From contig CBDCTJ010000007.1 in the NCBI GenBank assembly GCA_965222115.1, positions 953,562 through 1,017,561 of the forward strand: 64,000 bases of DNA, given 5' to 3'. Both the position numbers and the translations under genes were made by a program. Of this stretch, positions 52,358 to 61,361 are shown piece by piece. Every line of letters starts with the position of its first letter. Positions within the stretch are counted from its first letter, which is position 1. The DNA comes from Planctomycetota bacterium (GTDB lineage Bacteria; Planctomycetota; PLA2; JAEUHO01). The notes beneath the pieces are model-generated. The model searched no databases and had not been told where the DNA came from. It saw only the letters and a program-made list of their open reading frames with translations.

Positions 52358-53704
52358 TTACGGAAACAACCCCCGCTCCGCGTACGCATCGGCGACGCGC
52401 TTGACAGCTACGGCCATAGCGGCGTCGCGCGGAGTGGCGCCGTACTTCTTGCGAGCCGCGGAGACGCGATCGTAGGCGTCGGTAATGCGACGCTTGAGCT
52501 TATGGCGCACTTCGTCGATATACCACGTCTCGCCGCGACGGTTTTGTGTCCACTCGAAGAACGAGACGATCACACCACCCGAGTTGCAGAGGATGTCGGG
52601 AATGATGTCGATGCCCTTGTCGAGCAAGGTGGCCTCGGCCGATGAGGTGAGCGGGCCATTGGCCGCTTCGGCGATGAGTTTGCAGTCGAGGTCGTCGGCG
52701 TTTTCGTCGGTGACTTGCCACTCAAGTGCGCCGGGAATGATGATGTCGGCTTTCACGCGCCAGAAGTCGGCTTTGTCGATGGCCTCGGCGTTTTCAAATC
52801 CCGCGACGCCGCCCGTCTTCTCCACGTGTTCGGCCAACGCGAACGCATCGATGCCGCTTGAGGCATAAACGCTTCCGGTGTGATCTTGTGCCGCAAGCAT
52901 TTTGGATCCATGCTCGCGTTCAAGTATGCGCGCCGCCCATGACCCCACGTTGCCGTAGCCCTGTACGGTGAACGTGGCTTCAGAGAGGTCCATGTCGTTT
53001 TCCATGGCCCACGCCGCAATGTTGTAGACCGTGCCGCGACCGGTGGCTTCTTCGCGACCCAATGATCCGCCGGCGGCAATCGATTTGCCGGTTACTACGT
53101 GACGTTGCACGTTCTTGTGGGCGTAACCAATGCTGTTGATGTAGGTGTCCATCATCCAGACCATGGTTTGCGCGTCGGTGCCCATGTCGGGCGCGGGAAT
53201 GTCATAGTCCGGGCCGATGTTATTGCCGAGCGCGTGACAGAAGCGGCGTGTGAGACGCTCCAATTCGTTGCGCGTGAGTTTGGTCGGATCAATCTGCACA
53301 CCACCCTTGGCACCGCCAAAGGGAAGATCGACCAGCGAACACTTCCAGGTCATCCACGCGGCGAGCGCTTTCACTTCATCGAGATGGACGTGGGGACTAA
53401 AGCGCAAACCGCCCTTGTAGCAACCGAGCATATTGTTGTGCTGAATGCGATAGCCTTTGCACAGCAGCACCTGCCCGGTCTTGTCGCGGCGCAGCGGGAA
53501 ATTGACGATGAGTTCGTTTTGCGGCTGGCTGAGGATGCCGCGCGTGCCCGCGTCGAGGTCGATGATGTCGGCCGCGCGGTTGAATTGCGCCACCGCCATT
53601 TGGTAGAGATTATCAAACTCATCGACTTTGATGCGTTTGGGGTTCTTGGTCGCGGGGCGGACGCTGTCATCGTGGGACGCGGAGTTCACGTGGGTGGAGG
53701 TCAC
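52358..53704 (-). CDS. gdh: glutamate dehydrogenase (Glu/Leu/Phe/Val dehydrogenase family)
   Basis: LPFGGAKGGVQIDP catalytic-Lys motif, MTWKCSLVDLPFGG, and NAD(P) fold TFTVQGYGNVGSW. 448 aa. GTG start at 53704 with AGGAA upstream. Confidence 0.85.
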   Translation of the reverse strand: MTSTHVNSASHDDSVRPATKNPKRIKVDEFDNLYQMAVAQFNRAADIIDLDAGTRGILSQPQNELIVNFPLRRDKTGQVLLCKGYRIQHNNMLGCYKGGLRFSPHVHLDEVKALAAWMTWKCSLVDLPFGGAKGGVQIDPTKLTRNELERLTRRFCHALGNNIGPDYDIPAPDMGTDAQTMVWMMDTYINSIGYAHKNVQRHVVTGKSIAAGGSLGREEATGRGTVYNIAAWAMENDMDLSEATFTVQGYGNVGSWAARILEREHGSKMLAAQDHTGSVYASSGIDAFALAEHVEKTGGVAGFENAEAIDKADFWRVKADIIIPGALEWQVTDENADDLDCKLIAEAANGPLTSSAEATLLDKGIDIIPDILCNSGGVIVSFFEWTQNRRGETWYIDEVRHKLKRRITDAYDRVSAARKKYGATPRDAAMAVAVKRVADAYAERGLFP

Positions 53705-53851
53705 GGCGGATTCCTAGGACCAAAGGGGGTCGAACCGGGGGCTGCCAATCACGGGCGAGGCGACTATCCCTTGATCGGTGCCCTTTGGCAAAGGCCTTTG
53801 TGGGCGGCGCCGATTTAGAATTCTGCGGGCAGACACCGTTCCGTCACGAAA

Positions 53852-54292
53852 GTGCAAGGGCAAAGCGTGGCTGCCAGCGAGACCCTTGCGACACTGGATC
53901 GGGTAGCGGTCGATTCGGGCGCCGCGAACGCGCCCCTCGCCCGGATGTCGGTGAAGCGCGTGGAGGCACGATTGACCAAATTGTTGATTCAAGACGCGGG
54001 GCTTACGCACATCGTAGATCTTCGGCCCAAGGAGACGCTCGTCGTTGGACGTTCGTTTGATTGTGGGTTTCAAGTCCGCAGCGAGGGCGCGTCGCGGCGT
54101 CACGTGATTTTGCGACCTGATGGAGACGGGCACTCGGTGGAAGACGCGGGATCTACCAATGGCACGCTGCTCAATGCCGCCCCGCTCACGGGCTCGCGAC
54201 CGATCAAGGCTGGCGACGTGGTGACCCTCGGTGCGTGCACGATCCAGGTGTTCGACGATCCGCCTCGACTCGCCGCCGAGCAGGCCGGCTAA
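53852..54292 (+). CDS. FHA domain protein
   Basis: LVVGRSFDCGFQVRSEGASRRHVILRPDGDGHSVEDAGSTNGTLLNAAPL...GDVVTLGACTIQV is a canonical FHA core (G-R...S..H...STNGT). The start is uncertain (GTG 53852 or ATG 53945). Confidence 0.75.
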   Translation: MQGQSVAASETLATLDRVAVDSGAANAPLARMSVKRVEARLTKLLIQDAGLTHIVDLRPKETLVVGRSFDCGFQVRSEGASRRHVILRPDGDGHSVEDAGSTNGTLLNAAPLTGSRPIKAGDVVTLGACTIQVFDDPPRLAAEQAG

Positions 54293-54307
54293 GGGCCAAG
54301 GACAACC

Positions 54308-55546
54308 GTGCCGCTTTCGTTTCGCCGCGAAGACGCGCTGCGCTCACGGGCGTTGGTAGCCGCAATGCCGTACACAATCGGTGCGAGTGTTGACTGTGAC
54401 TTGTGCATTCCGCGTTTGATCTCACCTCCCACGGCTTCCGACGAATCGGCCTATGCCAAGCTAAGTTCGAAACGAGGTGAGTTCGTACTCTCAGCGGTGG
54501 GCGACCACGCGCTACTCGTCAACGGCGAGCGCATCCCGTTTATTCCCTTGCGAGACGGCGACACACTCACCGTCGAGCTTATCGATGCCAACTCGCCACG
54601 TGAGGGCACGGTGCCTACGCCGTTTCGATTTCATAACTTTATGCCCGGCGCATTCGTGCAGCCGGGAGTGTCGCTGGCCTCGGCGTGGTGCGCGCATGAA
54701 GGTTCGCAGGACGACCGATTTGGTCCCATGCGGTATCTCAAGGAAAGCGCGTTAAATGCTACCACGATCGCGTCAGGCACAACCCTGGCGAACGACCAAC
54801 TGATCAAAGTGAGTCGCCCGTATCGCGACATGGACCACGCGCAGGCTCAATTGGCGCTGCTTGCAGCCATCAGCGGTAGCGAGCATCCTGGCTTGGTGCC
54901 GTTCATTGATGGCGGACTGTTTCGGCAAGAGGATCGCGTCCATAGTTTCCTTGTTACGAAGTATGTCGCGGGTCAAACGGCCGGTGAATTGATGCAGCGT
55001 GCCGCAAGTGCTACTCACGGTGAGCGGGCGCGAATGCTCTATGGCGTGGTGGGCGCCGCGAAGGGTCTGCGCCATCTCCATCGACGCGGCATCCTTCATC
55101 GCGACGTGTCGCCTGGCAATGTCATTGTGCGCAGCGATGGAGAAGGTTTCTTGATCGATTACGATCAGGCCGTCCTCATGCGCCAGGTGTCCTCATCCAG
55201 CGACGCGATTGTGGGGACCCCCGGGTTTATTGCGCCGGAAGTCGTCACCGAAGGCTCTGCGGCCATCAGCGCCGAGAGTGATATCTATGCGCTTGTTGCG
55301 GTGATCTATGCGATGTGTACGGGTTCCGCGCCGGTGGACGGCGAGAATCCATTGGCAGCGGTATCTCGAAGCGTGAGACCACCGCCCCGTCCGAGTGAAC
55401 TTGGGGTACGACTTACCACAACGTTGGAAGATCTATTGATGGCGGGCCTCTCGGCGAAACCGAACGATCGTCCACATGCGCGCGACGTCATTGACACGTT
55501 GGAACGCGCGGTTCGTCGTCTATTGATCGAATCAGAGCGGTCATGA
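54308..55546 (+). CDS. Ser/Thr protein kinase with an N-terminal FHA-like domain
   Basis: N-terminal YTIGASVDCDLCIP...LLVNGERIPFIPLRDGDTLTV. Kinase subdomains: LIKV (Lys), ILHRDVSPGNVIV (HRD/catalytic loop), LIDYDQA (DFG position reads DYD), GTPGFIAPE. GTG start at 54308. Confidence 0.7.
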   Translation: MPLSFRREDALRSRALVAAMPYTIGASVDCDLCIPRLISPPTASDESAYAKLSSKRGEFVLSAVGDHALLVNGERIPFIPLRDGDTLTVELIDANSPREGTVPTPFRFHNFMPGAFVQPGVSLASAWCAHEGSQDDRFGPMRYLKESALNATTIASGTTLANDQLIKVSRPYRDMDHAQAQLALLAAISGSEHPGLVPFIDGGLFRQEDRVHSFLVTKYVAGQTAGELMQRAASATHGERARMLYGVVGAAKGLRHLHRRGILHRDVSPGNVIVRSDGEGFLIDYDQAVLMRQVSSSSDAIVGTPGFIAPEVVTEGSAAISAESDIYALVAVIYAMCTGSAPVDGENPLAAVSRSVRPPPRPSELGVRLTTTLEDLLMAGLSAKPNDRPHARDVIDTLERAVRRLLIESERS

Positions 55547-56748
55547 CGAGACAGCCGCGTCGTCGAGCATCCTCGGGTCAGGGTCGCGTGGTGTTGCGTG
55601 GAGGCCCTCCCGCACATCCGCTCGTGTTTTCTAAGCGCGTGGCGCATGTCGATCGGGATGTGACCAGTGGCGACGTTGCGCTCGTGTGTACGCGCGAAGG
55701 GGAACCCATTGGGCATGGTTTTTATCACGCCTCGTCTCAGATTGCGGTGCGCATGCTATCGCGCGACATGCGCGTGCGCCCCGACCCGGCGTGGCTGCGG
55801 GCGAAACTTCAGCGCGCTCACGAGCTGCGCACCGAACTTCTAAGTCTTCCCGCCGTCACCGACGCGTGGCGCGCTGTGCATGCGGAAGCTGATGGGCTGT
55901 CGGGGCTCGTTGTGGATCGATACGGCGACGTGGCGGTTGCATCGCTATTCAGTTTGGGTTGGTTTCGGCGATTCGATGACGTTGTGGCGGCTCTAAAAGA
56001 AGTGCTCGGCGTGAAGGATGTGTACATGCGCGTGGATCCGCGCACCGAGCAACACGAAGGCTTTCAAGCCGTCGATCAGCGTGCGCCAAAACCGTTTCTT
56101 GTTCGCGAACATGGCCTTTCGTTCATGGTGGATGTGCTCGGTGGGCACAAGACCGGCTACTTTCTCGACCAACGTGACAATCGCAGGCGCATTCATGATT
56201 TGGCGAAGGGTCGCCGTGTATTTGACGGCATGACCTATACCGGCGGATTTGCACTTGCCGCCGCGCAAGGCGGTGCAGAGTCGGTAGAAGGGATGGACCT
56301 CGACGAGAAGGCGATTGCAGTTGCCAAGAAAAACGCCGACGCAAACAAGTTGAAGGCCACCTTCGTACATGGCGACGTCTTTCATCGTCTGCGCGACTTT
56401 GCTGGGCGCCCAAACAACGAGCGCCCCGATTTGCTCATTGTGGACCCCGCCAAATGGGCCAAGAACCGCAACGCGCTCCCCGCGGCACGCAGTCGCTACT
56501 TTGATTTGAACCGGTTGGCGTTTCGTGCCGTGCGCACCGGTGGTCTGGTGTTTACGCACTCGTGCAGCGGACTCCTATCGGAAGAGGACTTCCTTCAGAT
56601 CCTTCGCAACGCTTCCCTCGACGCCAACCGCAATGTGAACATTCTCAGCATCTCCGGCGCCGCGCCCGACCACCCCGTCTCCTTGCGCACGCCCGAGACG
56701 CGCTATCTGAAATCGGTGTTGTGTGTTGTTGAACGATCGTCCGAATGA
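55543..56748 (+). CDS. rlmI: RlmI-like class I SAM-dependent rRNA (cytosine-C5) methyltransferase with PUA-like N-terminus
   Basis: RVVLRGGPPAHPLVFSKRV (PUA-like), GHKTGYFLDQRDNR, VFDGMTYTGGFALAAA (SAM motif I), LLIVDPAKWAK, FTHSCSG. The ATG overlaps the kinase stop (ATGA). Confidence 0.75.
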   Translation: MTRQPRRRASSGQGRVVLRGGPPAHPLVFSKRVAHVDRDVTSGDVALVCTREGEPIGHGFYHASSQIAVRMLSRDMRVRPDPAWLRAKLQRAHELRTELLSLPAVTDAWRAVHAEADGLSGLVVDRYGDVAVASLFSLGWFRRFDDVVAALKEVLGVKDVYMRVDPRTEQHEGFQAVDQRAPKPFLVREHGLSFMVDVLGGHKTGYFLDQRDNRRRIHDLAKGRRVFDGMTYTGGFALAAAQGGAESVEGMDLDEKAIAVAKKNADANKLKATFVHGDVFHRLRDFAGRPNNERPDLLIVDPAKWAKNRNALPAARSRYFDLNRLAFRAVRTGGLVFTHSCSGLLSEEDFLQILRNASLDANRNVNILSISGAAPDHPVSLRTPETRYLKSVLCVVERSSE

Positions 56749-56785
56749 TGATGCGACTTCCCGTTAGGCGCCGCGCGCGTTTGGT

Positions 56786-59515
56786 GTGTCATGGGGCCAG
56801 TGCAACAATGCGCACGTGACGACTTCACACCATCGACTGTTTGAGCCTGTCGTTTTGTTGGATGGCAGCAGTGCCCTGTGGCGGATTGCTACCCGCGACG
56901 ATGGGCGCGATCTCGCGACATTTTTCGTAGTGCTTCAGGAAGAGGCAGGGGACACGCCGACCTGCTTTCCTCGCTGGATAAAGGAAGACGTCGACGCGGC
57001 ATCGCGCGTGATAACTCACATCATCGCGAAAGGGGTGGCGGGGGAGCAGGAAGTGATCGCCGCAGGTGCCTGGCGTGTCGCGAGCGCAGATGAGGCGGAA
57101 ATCACGCTCGCCGTGCACCCTGAGTTTCGCGGGCGAGGGCTTGCGCGCGTTTTGCTGCCGCGCTTGGCGCGAGACGCTGCATTCCAAGGAATTCGCCAGC
57201 TTGTCGCGGTGACGGATCGCAACAACGTTCCACTGATTCAGTTGCTGCGCGACAGCGGCTATGCCGTGGACGTGACTCTTGATGGGAATGGCGCTCCGGA
57301 CGAAAGCGACGTGCGCATTGCGCTCGATGTGGCACCGGACGACGAGGGCCGCGCCATGGCCGCGCTGCGCAAGCAAGTGGCGACTACCGCGTCGTTGCAG
57401 CCCCTCCTTCGCCCGTCGAGCGTTGCGGTCGTTGGCGCGTCTCGGGATCGGTCAAGCATCGGCTATCGCATCTTGGATGCGCTTGTGCACTGCGGGTTTC
57501 ATGGGCCGGTGTATGCCGTGAACCCGAGTACGCCGGTGGTGGGATCGTTTCCAACGGTTCCCTCGCTGCGGGACCTGCCTCAGCCTGTCGACTTGGCAGT
57601 AGTCGTAGTGCCAGCGCGACACGTTTCGTCCGTGGTGAAGGACGCCGCCGCCTCAGGCGTGCGTGGACTCGTTGTGATCACCGCGGGCTTTGCCGAAGTG
57701 GGCCCTGATGGTCATAGGGCCCAGATGGAGCTTATGCACTACGTGCGCGGACACGGGATGCGCATGATTGGCCCCAACTGCATGGGTCTGCTCAACACCG
57801 ATCCCGCGATCTCAATGAATGCGTCGTTTTCGCCGGTGTTCCCGCCGCAGGGTTCGGTCGCGATGCTCTCGCAGAGTGGTGCGCTGGGTCTCGCCATTTT
57901 GACGTTCGCGTCCACGCTCGGTGTGGGGCTCTCATCGTTCGTGAGCATTGGCAATAAGGCCGACGTGTCGAGCAACGATTTGCTTGAGTATTGGGAAGCC
58001 GATCCAGCCACCGACGTCATTTTGCTCTACTTGGAATCGTTTGGAAATCCGCGACGCTTTGCACCCATTGCGCGCCGTGTGTCGCGTACGAAACCGATTG
58101 TGGCCGTGAAGGGCGGGCGTTCGGTGGCAGGTGAACGTGCGGCTGGGTCACACACCGCGGCGCTTGTGGGTGCCGACGTTGCGGTCGATGCACTCTTTCG
58201 GCAGGCGGGTGTGATTCGTGTGGACACGCTAGAAGAGATGTTTCACGTTGGGTTGTTGCTTAGCAATCAGCCGTTGCCCCTTGGACGACGTGTCGGTGTT
58301 ATCACCAACGCAGGCGGCCCGGCTATTTTGGCGGCGGATGCGCTTGCGGCGTGGGGATTGGATGTTCCCGAGCTATCCGATGCGATGCAGTCCAAGTTGG
58401 CGGCGTTTCTTCCCCCCGAAGCCAGCACAAAGAACCCGGTGGACATGATTGCGTCGGCCACGCCCGATGCGTTTCGTCAGGCGGCGGCGTTGCTCTTGGC
58501 AACGGAAGAGATCGACGCGCTGATCGTGATCGACATTCCACTCGACGCCTCGGGATGGGAAGCCATTGAACCGGAGCTGTTGCGCGGCATCGATGCCGGG
58601 CGTGCGGCCTCCCCGATCGCCAAGCCCGTGCTGGCCTATGTCATGAGTGGCGGCGGATCTTCGCAGCCGCGACTCATTGCTGGCAACATTCCCGCGTTTC
58701 CCTTTCCGGAGTCGGCCGCCAAGGCGTTGGGCCATGCGGTGTCCTATGCAGAGTGGCGTCGTCGTCCCCTCAGTGCGCCGGATGAGACAACGTCGTTTGA
58801 TGCCGCATCCATACGCGCATGGTGTCAGTCGTGGCTGGAACGCTACGGCGACGGATGGCTACCGCTTGACGCGGCGTTTGCGCTGTTGGCGTTGGCCGGA
58901 CTCCCCATTGCGACCGGCGCCCGTGCAACAACAGCGGACGAAGCGGAGCAGGCCGCACGCTCCATGCCGTCGTGCGTTGCGATGAAAGCAATTTCACCTG
59001 GTGCCCTCCATAAGAGTGACGAGGGTGGCGTACAGCTAAGACTTGAGACAACAGAAGAGGTCCGGCGCGCGTTCACCGAAATGCAGCGGGCGTATCCAGA
59101 TTTAGAATCCGTGTGGATTCAGCCCATGGTGGATGACGCGCTTGAAGTACTTGTGGGCATGACGGAAGACCACGTCTTTGGTCCGCTCATCGCGTTCGGA
59201 TTGGGCGGCATCCACGTTGAGGCGCTCGGTGATGTCGCGTTTCGCATAACGCCGCTCGAAGTTACCGATGCCCAAGCCATGTTGAAGGACATTCGCGCGC
59301 ACGCGCTGCTCGAAGGGCATCGCGGTCGTCCGCCTGTGGATCGAGAAGCCTTGGTGACGGTGTTGCTCAGCGTGGCGCGTTTGGTAGAAGACGTGCCGGC
59401 GATTGCGGAGATGGATCTCAATCCGGTGATGGCCTTGCCTCAGGGCTGCATTGTCGTGGACGCCCGCATACGCCTAGCCACGCCACAGGTCGGCCGTTCC
59501 CCCGCGCGCTTGTAG
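56786..59515 (+). CDS. GNAT acetyltransferase fused to ADP-forming acyl-CoA synthetase domains (Pat/PatZ-like, reversed domain order)
   Basis: N-terminal GNAT (AVHPEFRGRGLARVLL). CoA-binding SVAVVGASRDRSSIGYRIL. Succinyl-CoA-synthetase-like MIGPNCMGL, SQSGALG, GNKADVS. C-terminal ATP-grasp (VAMKAISPGALHKSDEGGVQL). The start is uncertain within the first about 15 codons. Confidence 0.8.
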   Translation: MSWGQCNNAHVTTSHHRLFEPVVLLDGSSALWRIATRDDGRDLATFFVVLQEEAGDTPTCFPRWIKEDVDAASRVITHIIAKGVAGEQEVIAAGAWRVASADEAEITLAVHPEFRGRGLARVLLPRLARDAAFQGIRQLVAVTDRNNVPLIQLLRDSGYAVDVTLDGNGAPDESDVRIALDVAPDDEGRAMAALRKQVATTASLQPLLRPSSVAVVGASRDRSSIGYRILDALVHCGFHGPVYAVNPSTPVVGSFPTVPSLRDLPQPVDLAVVVVPARHVSSVVKDAAASGVRGLVVITAGFAEVGPDGHRAQMELMHYVRGHGMRMIGPNCMGLLNTDPAISMNASFSPVFPPQGSVAMLSQSGALGLAILTFASTLGVGLSSFVSIGNKADVSSNDLLEYWEADPATDVILLYLESFGNPRRFAPIARRVSRTKPIVAVKGGRSVAGERAAGSHTAALVGADVAVDALFRQAGVIRVDTLEEMFHVGLLLSNQPLPLGRRVGVITNAGGPAILAADALAAWGLDVPELSDAMQSKLAAFLPPEASTKNPVDMIASATPDAFRQAAALLLATEEIDALIVIDIPLDASGWEAIEPELLRGIDAGRAASPIAKPVLAYVMSGGGSSQPRLIAGNIPAFPFPESAAKALGHAVSYAEWRRRPLSAPDETTSFDAASIRAWCQSWLERYGDGWLPLDAAFALLALAGLPIATGARATTADEAEQAARSMPSCVAMKAISPGALHKSDEGGVQLRLETTEEVRRAFTEMQRAYPDLESVWIQPMVDDALEVLVGMTEDHVFGPLIAFGLGGIHVEALGDVAFRITPLEVTDAQAMLKDIRAHALLEGHRGRPPVDREALVTVLLSVARLVEDVPAIAEMDLNPVMALPQGCIVVDARIRLATPQVGRSPARL

Positions 59516-59524
59516 GCGCCCGTG

Positions 59525-61189
59525 TTACGTCGTGGGACTTAATTCGCTTCCAAGATCGATTGGCCGCGCGATGGGCATGCGCCAACCCACGCCAAAGGCA
59601 CGTCGCGTCACCTTCAAGCCCGGTGCAAGTTGACGGCGTTTGTATTCATTGCGATCGATGAGCTTGAGAATGCGAATGACGCGCCCGCGATCGTGGCCCA
59701 TGGCGATGATCTCTTCGGCGCTCTTGCCCTGTTCGATGCGCGCCTTGAGTAGAGGATCCAACTCGGCGTAGGGCGGAAGGCTGTCGGAGTCCTGTTGGCC
59801 GGGGCGAAGCTCGGCGGAGGGCGGGCGTTCAATAATGCGCGCGGGCATCACGCCTTCGTCCATGTAGAGCCGCGAAATGTCGTAAACCTCGGTCTTCCAC
59901 ACGTCGGACAGCACCGCGAGGCCGCCGTTCATGTCGCCGTAAAGCGTGCAGTAGCCCACCGCGACTTCACTCTTGTTGCCCGTCGTGAGCACGAGGTGAC
60001 CGAACTTGTTGGAGAGCGCCATCAGAATCAGTCCGCGCGTGCGCGCTTGGATATTCTCCTCGGTCACGTCAAACGGCTTGCCTCCGAAATGTGGCTCAAG
60101 CATCTTTAGAAATGTGTCGTAGGCGGGTTCGATGGGAATCGTCGAGAAGCGAATGCCCAGGTTGCCAGCGAGCGTTTCGGCATCCGTGCGGCTCATCTCC
60201 AAGTTGAACGCGCTGGGCATAGCAATCGCCCACACGTTTTCTGGTCCTAGGGCTTCGGCAGCCAAGCATGCCGTGAGGGCAGAATCCACACCGCCGGATA
60301 GACCCAACAAGACTTGCTTCAGGCCGGTCTTGCTTGAGTAGTCCGCGATGCCCATGGTGAGCGCACGTCGCACGTCGTGGGCGTCATCCAACTCGGGCAG
60401 CGGTTCGAGGGCGTCCGGAAGATTGTTGAGGTCCACCGTGCCGTCGGCGGATTCGAATCCGGGAAGCCGTAGGCGCTCGTTACCGGCTTGATCGAACACG
60501 CGGCTGCGTCCATCAAAGAGCACATCGTCGTTGGCACCCACTTGATGAACGCAAACAAGAACGGCACCCATGCGTTTGGCTTCGTTTGCAAAGAGCGCCG
60601 TTCGGTGAACGTCTTTGCCGCCATGAAACGGCGACGCCGAGAGGCCCACCACCACATCGACACCGCGCTCGGCCAACTGGGCGGACGGATCCGCGCCGTA
60701 GCGCTCGCGGCCATAGACCAAGTCGCGATGCCATAAGTCCTCGCATACAAGCAGACCAATGCGACGGCCCTTGTAGGTCACCACGACACTCGATTCGCCG
60801 GGTGCGAAGTAGCGCCGCTCGTCAAATACGTCGTAGGTGGGCAGGAGTTGCTTGGCGTAGGTCGCTTGAATCTTGCCATCGGCCATGAACACGGCCGCAT
60901 TGCTGAGCGGCGCACCATGCGGTCGGGGATTGCGAGTTACGGTCCCGACGATGGCGGCGGGTCCGTTACGAAATGACTCAGCGAGGGAGACCGTTGCCGC
61001 TTCGGCGTGGCGCACCACGGCATCGCGCAAGAGCAAGTCGCGCGGCGGGTATCCGAGCACGGCCAGCTCCGGAAAGCAGACGAGATCGGCGCCGCGCTCC
61101 GCTGCGCGCGTCCAGGCCGAGCGAATCAACGCGATATTGCCGGGAATGTCGCCGGCAATGGGATTGATTTGGGCCAGGGCGATTTTCAA
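59525..61189 (-). CDS. nadE: glutamine-dependent NAD+ synthetase
   Basis: N-terminal CN-hydrolase MKIALAQINPIAGDIPGN...CFPELAVLGYP...LLVCEDLW and C-terminal NAD synthase LGLSGGVDSAL. Confidence 0.9.
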   Translation of the reverse strand: MKIALAQINPIAGDIPGNIALIRSAWTRAAERGADLVCFPELAVLGYPPRDLLLRDAVVRHAEAATVSLAESFRNGPAAIVGTVTRNPRPHGAPLSNAAVFMADGKIQATYAKQLLPTYDVFDERRYFAPGESSVVVTYKGRRIGLLVCEDLWHRDLVYGRERYGADPSAQLAERGVDVVVGLSASPFHGGKDVHRTALFANEAKRMGAVLVCVHQVGANDDVLFDGRSRVFDQAGNERLRLPGFESADGTVDLNNLPDALEPLPELDDAHDVRRALTMGIADYSSKTGLKQVLLGLSGGVDSALTACLAAEALGPENVWAIAMPSAFNLEMSRTDAETLAGNLGIRFSTIPIEPAYDTFLKMLEPHFGGKPFDVTEENIQARTRGLILMALSNKFGHLVLTTGNKSEVAVGYCTLYGDMNGGLAVLSDVWKTEVYDISRLYMDEGVMPARIIERPPSAELRPGQQDSDSLPPYAELDPLLKARIEQGKSAEEIIAMGHDRGRVIRILKLIDRNEYKRRQLAPGLKVTRRAFGVGWRMPIARPIDLGSELSPTT

Positions 61190-61361
61190 TCCGTTTCCTT
61201 TCGAGGAGGGCGACCAGCGAAAGTGTAGCCGTGACCGAGCAGCATGGGCGTTTGGGTTCGATCCGGAGGCGGAAAGTGAGGACGCCGTTGACGATGCCTA
61301 TGAAATCTGTATAGCTGGGGCTGTGACGGGCGCAACGCGCGCGTTGCGTGGAGGTTGGTCG

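Noticed and set aside
52066-52389. 107-aa minus-strand ORF and the 51898..52176 plus-strand ORF spanning the intron 3' junction, as candidate interrupted host genes.
   Set aside because: Joining the flanks across the proposed splice sites yields only a short, composition-poor reading frame. One ORF overlaps the gdh 3' end. There is no support for a disrupted gene.
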